DNA of 64,000 bases from Stylophora pistillata (Eukaryota). The position numbers and the translations under genes are program-made. Shown here piece by piece: positions 1 through 9,659 of the stretch (positions are counted from its first letter, which is position 1; each line of letters begins with the position of its first letter). The notes beneath the pieces were generated by a model. It saw only the letters and a list, made by a program, of their open reading frames with translations. It ran no database searches and was not told the DNA's origin. The stretch is taken from positions 989,676-1,053,675 of the forward strand of contig NW_019217786.1 of assembly GCF_002571385.2 (NCBI RefSeq), read 5' to 3'.

Positions 1-600
1 GTACTCTTGCTGCAGATCAACATTTCCCATGTTTTCGAAAGATTTAAGGTCATTTTGTTACTATTAGCCCAATGTTTCATACTGTTGACTTCGTTAGTTG
101 TTGTATCAATACTGTGTTTGGTTACAGGGATGCTAATGGTAATATGGTCATTAGCAAATTTCATCATAAGGTTCCTTCTAGGGTTGGCTAACTGCACATC
201 ATTAACCATCAAAGAAAACAGAGTGGGGCTAAAAACCGCTCCTTGAGGCACGCCTTTATTAATGTCTTAGAACTCAGTAGTTAATCCGTCAACCACAACT
301 CCCTGTTTTCTGAGACTCCGAAAGTCAAGAATCCAATTGATGACGTAAGGATAAATGCCTGGCATCTTGAGTTTATCGAAGAGGATGTCATGAGGTACAG
401 TGTCAAAATGCTTTACTTAAGTCAAATGACAGTACCCGTGCGAAGTCTGCCATGGCGTCATTGTCCTGCCATTTCAACCAATTGTGCTGTGACTTTAGGA
501 GCGCCATTATAGTGTTGGAACTTTCTCTGTAGGAAAACTGGTCAGGTCAGTGACTCGAAAGCCTCTGTATCTCAGACCCGACTAGTAACTTCTCTAATAT
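1..600 (-). mobile_element. Degenerate non-LTR retrotransposon (CR1/L2-like) reverse transcriptase fragment
   Basis: The minus strand reads, with frameshifts, FDLSK/AFDTVPHD ... INKGVPQGAVFSPTLFSLMVND ... KFAND (a decayed YADD motif). Confidence 0.8.
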
Positions 601-899
601 TCTAGTTATGATATTTGTAAGGGAAATAGGTCGTAGCTGGTTGTAGCTCGTTAAAGGTGATTCCCTTGGAATAGGAGTGACATTGGCGAGTGTCCAAATA
701 CAAGGCACGGGTTGTTACAGCAACGAACGATTGAACAACCTCGTGATAACTGGAGCCAGGAATTGGGTGAAATCTTTCCACATCCAATAAGGAAGCCCAG
801 TCGATGTACGCTTTTGCTGTGTAAGGAATCTTTCGACCGAGTGGACTTCGAAAGCTGGGATACGAGTGTCAGCCGGAATGAGAATCGGCCGTGGGCTGA

Positions 900-1150
900 A
901 TACTAATTTAATTTAATTTATTAGCTTTGCCAAAAATACATACAATATAGAACGCGGATAAATTACAAAAACAATAACGGGCAGGCAACCACAACAGCGA
1001 TAGCCAATTACTGTGGTCCCAAGAGTAAAACGATTACATCAATAGTAGTAGTAGTAGTAGTGAACTTTATTTGTGTGTCGCGAGAAAATCTAGCGCGTAG
1101 CACTAATTGGGGACACACAGGGTAACAACGCTTAAAAAAAAGTTAGAAAT
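900..1150 (-). repeat. Probable LINE 3' ends with simple-repeat tails
   Basis: (AATTT)n at about 905-920 and (AGT)n at about 1044-1061, each followed by A-rich sequence like a reversed LINE 3' UTR. Ends at an N gap. Confidence 0.4.
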
Positions 1151-1162
1151 CNNNNNNNNNNN

Positions 1163-1478
1163 CTATATCTTATTAACCAAGCGCGAGGGCCGTACTGGGA
1201 GAATATCGGCCCGAGGTCTTGACAGTACGGACCGAGCGCAGCGAGGTCCGTACAAAAAAGACCGAGGGCCGATATTCTTCCAGTACGGTCCCGAGCAAGC
1301 TTGGTTAATAAGAGATTTATTATACGACTGAAGTTCAAAGGGACACAAGTGCGGTATCATTCGGGACCATTCGGGACAGTGCCCGGTCCAATACTTAGAG
1401 AATATCGGACCGGCAATAGAGCATTTTGATTGGTTGATTTTAGTTATTGGCCCTCTGACTGCCCGAGTCGTGTAATAA
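1163..1478 (+). mobile_element. Non-autonomous palindromic repeat element: 146-bp hairpin (1168-1313) plus an inverted-repeat-bounded body
   Basis: Arms TCTTATTAACCAAGC...GCTTGGTTAATAAGA. Second inverted pair TTATTATACGACT (1317-1329) / AGTCGTGTAATAA (1466-1478). A matching half copy lies at 26356-26416 on the opposite strand. Confidence 0.8.
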
Positions 1479-1480
1479 TG

Positions 1481-1725
1481 TCATTTACTAACAGACAGTA
1501 GACAGAGGTTGATTACATTCAGAGCATGACGTAGACCAGCATAATCGGCTTTTTTGTATTTGTAAACATTTCTGTGGATTTTCGTTGGTGCTTTAACCGT
1601 GGCCATGAGCTCAAAAGACAAGATATTGTGGTCAGTGAAGACTCCTTCATTTCGCGGGGATAATACATCAGTCGTTGTCACTCTTTGTGGGTTGCTTGAA
1701 ATGATAAGGTCTAAGACATTAACGG
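1481..1725 (-). mobile_element. CR1-like LINE AP-endonuclease C-terminal fragment
   Basis: The ORF contains NVLDLIISS...FTDHNILSFEL...VYKYKKADYAGLR, matching the LDL...SDH end of the APE domain and the following linker. Confidence 0.7.
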
Positions 1726-3329
1726 CCGTGCAATTCTCGCTGGATTGGTTGTTCGACAAACCAACTTTTGTGGGATTTTTTTGGGTGAACTTAAAGGGCA
1801 ACTATTTGGCTTTCGTGCTGCCAAGTTTTGATTCGATGGAAAGTATTTAAGTGTTGTTTTCGAGCGATTTTGGCGGGCATGTGTCAACAGAAGTTTCCTA
1901 CTTTCCCGTATCCTGTACACGGTGACTCGTGGTGAATAGGGCGTCAAGCTAAAACACATCAGAACGGCCTCAAATCGCGAGGAGAACAACACAGACTACT
2001 CTCTATGAAGGTAAGACTTTATTTCTTTGATTATTCCACACAACTTTACATTTACGAAGCTCAAAAGGAAGTCCAACTAAACCACTATACAAACTCTTTA
2101 ATAATCCACTCTGAAAGAGCCTGCGACAGAGCTTGGGCTACCTGTGGTTTCGTTTCGTTTCATTTCGTTTCTCAAAATAGCACTGATAAGCCGGTCGTTA
2201 TTGGTATTTTGTGAAACAAGGCATCGAGAGAGAACAGTTTTCGAAGAGAGGGAATAATTTCTTGTCGCGTCTGTAAGCCTGTCTTTGCTTTATCTAGCAA
2301 GACAACATTCGGGAGCAGAGCGCCTAAACAAATTCTCTGCGACCCTTGTTTCGTTTCGTTTCGTTTCGCAAATTACCGTAAGCCTCATGTTCACGTGCGT
2401 CTCTGAAGGATTCACATTTTCTTTCAGGTCTTGCAGGATGATTTTCTAGTGATATCCTCCAGTTTTCAAAACTTATGTCCACTACGATGAGATCCTTCGT
2501 TTAAAATTCAATCCAAGATGAATTAGCGTTTGGCTGTTGTAACAGAAGAATAGTCATGCTTGAGGGCTCATTTAAAAAGTCGTACTAGAGAACGACAGTA
2601 AACGGTAAGCTATTCGTTCGCTTTTTCCCGTGTGCTGCAAAAAATATCAGAAGGATAAAACCACGGTAGCCTCCATTTGGCGCAAAAATACGTTCGTCAC
2701 TTGTCTCTGGAAGGATCCCGCTGTCTCAAATCGCTGAAGAGTTGAACACGTACTAAGCGGGGGTGGGGAGTGGTCGGGTGCATTAGGAGTCCCAAATTGT
2801 GAAACCAATGGGGAAGGAAAAAAACTGGGCTTTTTTCAAAAATCCTGCTCTTATTTGAAGCGAGAAAACTGTCTACACTTCTCAAGGAAACAAGCAACCT
2901 AGCAAGGTAATAAAACTTAAATACATTTATGGGTAACAAATTTCGAAAAAGAAAAACATGCTTGATCATGATAACCTTCTAATTTTAGAAACCTGACTTC
3001 TAACAAAGCATTTCCTTAAACTGCGGAAAAGGGCAAGATTTCCGTAGAACCCTATACTTCATTATGCATTCAATTCTTGGATAAAGGAAAGCTGAGGCAA
3101 AACAACAGATTTCCTGCGGGACTACGGCTTTGTTCTTTTTGATTGGTATGGGGTTATACCACATGAAGCCCATACAATTTGTTTATGTAGCCCACTGTTG
3201 TTTTATGGAGTGCCAGATTTACCGTTTGCCTCACTTAGAGTAATATATTGTTGACTATGTACATAAATCATTGATATATAAATGTTGAATTACTTTACCT
3301 GTAGTGTATAGTTGTCCTTTTGCCTCAAT

Positions 3330-3436
3330 ATAACTTGGATATATCAACAAAGTTGAAGTGGTAAATTGGCCCGTAACGATTACAAAAGCTGACGTTTCGA
3401 GCGTTAGCCCTTCGTCGGAGCGAAGGCTCTCTCTCC

Positions 3437-3468
<32 letters not shown>

Positions 3469-3584
3469 TGTAATCGTTACGGTGGCCAATTTACCACTTC
3501 AACTTTGTTGATATATCCAAGTTATTTCGTTACTCCCACCGACGCAGCCCCAAACAGTTTCTTTCGAAACTATCAGCCTTTATT
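3330..3584. mobile_element. Penelope-like pseudo-LTR insertion in inverted (palindromic) arrangement with 13-bp target site duplication
   Basis: Near-perfect palindrome 3330-3525 made of the same sequence that follows the GIY-YIG ORF at about 35520. CTTTTGCCTCAAT is duplicated at 3317-3329 and 3585-3597. Confidence 0.85.
3388..3423 (-). ncRNA. Minimal type I hammerhead ribozyme-like motif (Penelope-associated, U4C variant)
   Basis: Reverse strand reads GCT-CCGACGA-A-GGGC TAAC GCTC-GAAA-CG-TC-AGC. The opposite arm (3433-3465, +) has GAAA changed to AAAA. Confidence 0.6.
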
Positions 3585-3754
3585 CTTTTGCCTCAATGTT
3601 TTTTTGAGCGAAAATAAAAAACATTTTTGAGGCAAAAGGACAACTATAGACCACAGGTAAAGTAATTCAACCTTTATTCATTAATGATTTATGTACATAG
3701 TCAGCAATATATCACTATAAGTGAGGCAAACGGTAAATCTGGTACATTTACCAA

Positions 3755-4173
3755 CAGGCAGCCCAAGGTCACTACTTGAAAAGCGGACGTGACTCTTAAC
3801 GTGTTGCGCAACGTTTTATATTTATAAAGGTTTATATGGGATGTTACCCTGGTCCAACACGTTCTCTTCTCGCTCCCGGAGTACGACAATTCGGCGCGAA
3901 GCGCCGACAAACGAGCTGCAAAGCAGCGAGCAGAGAGAACACCAACATAACGCTAACTCGTCGAAAACGCTTGAAAATGGCCTGAGACGCTAGGAATCAA
4001 CAGAGAAAACATCAAGGCAATAAGGTAAGTCCATTTTATTTCAAAACAAGACATTTTTTCCTCTCTTTTAAGGCAAACCGATAACATCCCATACAAACCT
4101 TTATAAATATAAAACGTTGCGCAACACGTTAAGAGTCACGTCCGCTTTTCTAGTAGTGAGCTTGGGCTACCTG
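3755..4173. mobile_element. MITE with about 90-bp terminal inverted repeats
   Basis: CAGGCAGCCCAAGGTCACTACT...GGGATGTTA mirrors TAACATCCC...AGTAGTGAGCTTGGGCTACCTG. The same terminus GAGCTTGGGCTACCTG also occurs at about 2129-2144. Confidence 0.85.
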
Positions 4174-4547
4174 TGATTCACCATACAAAACAACTGTCGG
4201 CTACACAAACAGATTGTATGGGCTCCCTCTGGTTAAACAGTAATCTTTCCCGGAAAAGTCCGCAGGTACAATCAACAGAAAGAAGAAGTGAAGGAAAAGA
4301 AGAAAGGTTGAAAGAGGGTTAATCGAGGATAAATGGCTCTGAAATTAGTTCACTCCCTCGTGTACACCCCTCTTCGCCTTGCAGATGGTCACAGCTTGTC
4401 ACAGCTGGCTTACAACCGACGTGACGCAATTTATTCCAGGATTAAATTTCTATCTAAATAAGACCTTGCTTGCGAGAGCTCCACTTTTCGCAGTTTCCGT
4501 TGCTACACAGTCAAAGTAAACGTTCAGGTTGTTCCATCAGCGCAGTA

Positions 4548-6900
4548 ATGGGGGAACGAAACACGGCCAACGAAATCTTGGCCACAATATTCACAAGTTT
4601 GTCCCTTTTTGGTACGCTTTTCATCATCGTCTCTTTCTTTCTTTGGAAGGATATTCGAACTACGTCAAGAAGAATTCTGGTTTACATTTCTATCGCAGAC
4701 TTTCTCACGTGTGTTGCAACAATTGCTGCTACGACAAACATTTGGTTATCAGGAACTGAAAATAAACATGTCTGTTTTGTCCAAAGTATCATTGGAACTT
4801 TTTCTGTGCTGACTTCTTTCTTTTGGACAGTTTCAATGGCGTTGTATCTGTACATCTCTGTTTGCTGGAAGAATTCTCGACTAGCTGAGCGTTCACTGTA
4901 CTTATTTCATGTTTGTGGCTGGGGAATTCCAGCAGTATTTGTCGGTGTAGCAGCGTCAACTCATAAACTGGGAGATAACGGCAACAAAGTCTCTGCAGGA
5001 TGGTGTTGGATCAGCATTAAATTGAGCTGGCTTGAACAAGTCGAGTGGATGCTTTTGGCTGGAAAATTGTGGGAAATAATGGCATTTTGTGCAATAGTTG
5101 TACTTTATGCCTTAGTCAAGCGAAACATGAAGAAGGAGGTAAGATTATTACGCTTTTTCTCGCTATGAACTCAAGCTATTTAACCAGGAAACTCCCAAGA
5201 TCCGATTGTAAATTCTCTCCTCTAGCTACTACACATTTCCTTATGAATTACACACAAGAATATGGTGTTAGATCAAGATAAAAACTTCTACCATTTTGGG
5301 TATTCTCATTACATTTTCGCTGGATAATGTATAGACCACTTTCATAAATGGCTGCCGTATAAATATTCTTTTGTTTAAATTTAAATTAGCCCTTCTGGCC
5401 TCGCTTGAGATAATGTATTCTTTTGAATTTTGTACTGGAGAACGAGGCCAGTAGGGCTAATTTAAATTTAAAGAAAAGAATATTAATCCGGCAGCCATCT
5501 ATGAAAGTGGTCTATGGATGTTATGGCAATAGGTTACATGTTAATCACTTCTGATAGTTCTGAGGTTCCAGTTAAACCATAATATTTTTGATATTGGTGC
5601 TTGTGTTGTGTCCCCAATCTTTCTTCAGCACTGAGGCCTCATTTGGTTGATAGCATAGAAACATTAGGAAGGGAACTATGTCATACAAATACTAAGATTA
5701 GTTGTTTTTGTATGGCTTGTGGTCAGTATGTTGGAGGAGTGTGTGCTTCTCAAGTCCCATTAGAGACAAAAAACTTGGAAACATGGTCAAAAATTAGGGT
5801 GCATATTAAACATGTGGGGCAGGGGGGTGTTATCATACAGTAACTATATCTTTAAAACTGTGCAAGTTGTGTGGATCCACGGCAGGAAAACATTATTATG
5901 AAATGAATGGTAGTATGATATTTATATATTTGAATATATATTTAGCCTTCAAACTTTAAGAATACTTCAATTTAAAACAACAAATGCATTGTTTGTTTCC
6001 TTAGCTTCATGAGAAAAACAGAGTTCTAACTGAAAGTACAGTGGTGCAAGCTCAGAAGGCAGAAAGGAAACTGATTTGTGTTCCCTTATTATTTGTGTTC
6101 CTGCGTGTTTGGGGAACTATAAGATTTCTCCTGATGATTGTGTGTGCTAAGAATCCAGATTATGAGTCGCCAGTTTGGCTGCTTATTCTACAGGTTAGCA
6201 AAACTGGTTTTATTAATTAGTAAATAATTTTAAAGTACCCAAGTTAGGGGTTCTCCTCAAGGACCCGTACTTGACAAGTTTCTTTTAGGTCTTCCAAAAC
6301 AATTTCTTACAATGAACACCGCCTGCAAATAGCGAGCTAATCTAGGGGGGCACTGACATTATCTTGCAAATCTAGGTAGGTACTGACATTATCTTGCAAG
6401 ACTTTCCACATTAGACAGTGACATTGCTTAGATTTCCAGACATACTTTCAAAATGCAGCAATATAATTTACATACTGAATTATTGTTCAAAGAAGTTGCT
6501 AAAAAAACAAATTGTGAATATTGCAATCGTGGCATGGATATTTCATATTGGTATGAGGTGTTTACCTTACATGTAAGTGATTTGATATGCTCACTTTATT
6601 GTATTGTTTATTTTGCAGGGTATTGGAGATAATGCCCCTGGATTTGCAAACTTTCTTCTATTTTGCTTTTTTACTGAAAAATGTCTTGGGAAGTTTCGTC
6701 GCTGTTTTCAAAGTTGTACAATGTGTTTTGACTCAAGATCTCCCATTGGATTGAACTGCTCCAACTCACTGCAGGCAAGTTATAGTTGTGATGTGACAAT
6801 TGGACAACCAATCATCAATCAACATTCCATGAATAAAGAAACTGATTGTTTGAAGGGGCATCATAATACTTCTGTTGATTATTCATCAATGAATTGCTGA
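4548..6900 (+). CDS. GPR157: GPR157-like G protein-coupled receptor (cAMP-receptor-like group), about 353 aa; exons 4548-5138, 6005-6193, 6619-6900
   Basis: Seven hydrophobic segments. Motifs RRILVYISIAD, CFVQ, SFFWT, GWGIP, SAGWCWI, LAGKLWEI, ERKL..VP..F..LRVWGTIRF and LQGIGD. GT-AG phase-0 introns keep the frame. The ORF-track start at 4470 is a TTG; the ATG is at 4548. Confidence 0.9.
5331..5515. mobile_element. MITE with long TIRs, nested in an older repeat (about 5180-5575) in GPR157 intron 1
   Basis: ATAGACCACTTTCATAAATGGCTGCCG mirrors CGGCAGCCATCTATGAAAGTGGTCTAT. Inner arms TTTAAATTTAAATTAGCCCT / AGGGCTAATTTAAATTTAAA. Confidence 0.85.
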
Positions 6901-7944
6901 ATGAAGAAATTTGTCTTTTTTGTGACTTTGCACTTATGAAAATTATCAGCTTGCACATTCATTGGTTGACTAGTGTAAAAATTTTATTCACCTAAGTGGA
7001 GGTGAATAGTGGTGGATATTTACTGAGCAGCAAAGTGGAGACACAAGTATCCACTTCTTTCTAGGACATCAAGTTGAATGAGGGGTTATTTATATAATCC
7101 ACACAAGAAGCAAAACATAAGTGTATTTCTGCCAGTAAATGGAAAAATAGTTGGAAATGAATCTCTTGAAGCACAATTTTGTCTCTTCAGCTGCTCGGGG
7201 TGAATAGTGCCTGGTGGCCTTGCTTCTCACTTTTCCTAGTGTGCCAGAAAATCAGGGCAAGGAAAAGCGGCGGTATTCACCCATGTGGTAATAAGTGCCT
7301 GTAAGTCGTAAGTTAGTAGGAAAATAATTTATTGTAAAAGTAGATTTAACTATTGCCACAAGATGTGAATGTCTTTTTTGGAGACAAATATATTGTGTAT
7401 GTGATGGAGTTATCTGTCTTTGAAAAGTATATTTAGAAAATCTTAAGTAACCTAGTAAAATGAAGTTCTGTCATAATTATTAGAGGTAGATTTTAGATTT
7501 TTTAACAACCAGTTTAACTCAAGCAATACATCTGGGCCATGTCCTTATGGATAAAGACTATACAACATTTATCTTAATACTTATTTAAGAAACTTTTTTA
7601 TATAGTGGTACTATTTAATGTGTATGTGGTGTGTCAATGGACAGTTAGGACCTCCATACTTGCTTATGACAGGTAACTATAGCTCATTACTACATAAAAT
7701 TAATATTTTTGTGAATTCCACTTGGTGTTAATGTTTTTGATTACCATTCAGCCCATGATTAGTGACTAAAGTTGTAGGTTATGATCAATTTTGTAGTTTT
7801 TTCAACAGTTTTGTATTACTAATTGATAACTCTGAGTCTAAAGAGGCCAAAGGCATGAGAGCTGTTAAGTCTCACCATTAAACTACACCACTTCATCAAA
7901 AATTTAATTATTTCACTCCCATGACTGACCAAAAAACGATTTCT

Positions 7945-8345
7945 CCTTAGTTTAGTTTAGTTTAATACATTGGCCACAGTTCTACAAATACAAATAACTA
8001 ATCTACATTACACAGTACCAAGAATCAAAAAGTAAGAATGGAGTGGCAGGAGACATGAACAGAACTTTCGTCCCAATTGACAACTAACCCCTATTATATA
8101 ACAAAAAAGTAAAAGGATACAATAAAAAGGCTAAAAAGAGTTACAAGGAAGGCAGGTTATTTAAGATTATAAAATACTAACCTGGAGGACCGTATGAGTC
8201 AAGTTTGGAAAAGTATAGGTTCTTTAAGTTAGATTTAAATGTTGGGAGCGAGGTTATACATTTCATTGTGGGTGGAAGAGTATTCCACAGTCCTGCAGAC
8301 CTATTAAAGAAAAATTTTCGAAAGTAGTCCTTACAACCATACTTT
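7945..8345 (-). mobile_element. LINE 3' fragment
   Basis: The minus strand encodes FFNRSAGLWNTLPPTMKCITSLPTFKSNLK, a typical ORF2 C-terminus. (TTTAG)n tail at about 7947-7965. Confidence 0.7.
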
Positions 8346-8429
8346 TCAGAAAAAAAAGTGAATGATAGGAAAAGTAGAAAACTGAAGGAAAAATAGCATA
8401 GAGATAAAGTTTGATTAAACAGTAGAATT

Positions 8430-9310
8430 CTTGGAGCAAGCTAAGGCTTGGAGCTCAATGGAGATAAGACGGAGCTGCTTGTCCTGTCTGCTCGCCATTG
8501 TCCTCAACCTCCACTGGATCCAATCAAGATCAGAGTTGACTTTATTAAAGCTAGTAAATCTGCCAAGAACATTGGTGTTTGGCTTGATAGTGTGCTTTCT
8601 ATGGATGAACAAATAAATAACATCTGTAAAATTGCCTTTTTCCACTTTCATAAGATAGCTAAAATTGGAAAGTTTCTTTCACACTGTCAGTGTGAAATAC
8701 TTATTCATGCCTTTATTTTGTTGAAGTTGGATTATTGTAACATTCTTCTATCTGGCCTACAGCAGTCACAAATTAATAGAATACAACATGTACAAAATTC
8801 AGCTGCGCACCTGCTTACAGCCACCAGCAGATATGATCGCGTTACACCTGTACTTAGAAGCCTACAATGGCTGTCTGTGTCCCCCCGTATTGATTTTAAG
8901 ATACTTCTTCTCATTTTTAAAGTATTTTAAAAACGGTCTGAGTCCTCTCTATCTTAGTGAACTATTAAGACTGTTCATTCCTAATAGAAACCTAAGATCT
9001 AAGAAAAAACTCTTAATGGTACCTAAATGCAATCTTAAAACATATGGATATAGAGCATTCTCTCATACAGCTCCTACGCTGTGGAATGCCTTGCTGGATG
9101 GTATTTGGCAAGTGGACCTTTAAACAACATTTAAGTCTAAACTTAAAACCCATTTATTTAGGCAGTTGTAGTTTTTGCTTTCACTGATTTTTCACTAGTT
9201 TTTTAATTCACTTTAATTCTTAATTGATTATATATTTCTATCACTATCATTGTAAAGCGCCGCTGGATCTTTGAGAAGCGTTGCACTCAGTATATAAGTT
9301 ATGTATTGTG
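8430..9310 (+). mobile_element. Degenerate L2-clade LINE 3' fragment
   Basis: ORFs 8448-8930 (LNGDKTELLV, LIHAFI..KLDYCN, QNSAA, L.SLQWL) and 8788-9123 (YGYRAFS..APTLWN) are joined by a frameshift. 3' TGTAAAGCGC motif at about 9252. Confidence 0.9.
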
Positions 9311-9659
9311 TTGTAAATTAAAAAACGAGATGTATAGCAGACAGTGTGGAAAACTGACAGTTTGATCTTGGTAGGAAGAGGGCTAAACAGCTACAAACTT
9401 GATCTGATCTGTGGAGTACCTCATGAAATTAGTTGCCACTAAAAGATCCAGTGTTTTATGTAGCAAGTGGTGTACACATTACAGCTGTTATTTAATATAT
9501 TTTAAGTAACTCTACAGGGAAAAAACATTTCCTCAATATAAGACAATACAAACAAAAAGTTTTCTAGAGAGTTGTATTTCTTGTAAGAATCTCTTCCAAG
9601 GAGAGGGAGGAACCATTGGCAGTAACTACAAATGCAATATTTGCCCCATTATCAACTCT

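Larger units (their letters stand above)
3158..4218. mobile_element. Foldback (long inverted repeat) element carrying two nested insertions
   Basis: About 3210-3329 is the reverse complement of about 3626-3745, and 3158-3208 matches about 4180-4235. The centre is near 3598-3625. Confidence 0.7.

Noticed and set aside
1107-1360. Overlapping ORFs on both strands
   Set aside because: They are by-products of the GC-rich palindrome and partly span Ns.
6341-6399. 30-bp tandem duplication in GPR157 intron 2
   Set aside because: A local slippage duplication with no further structure.
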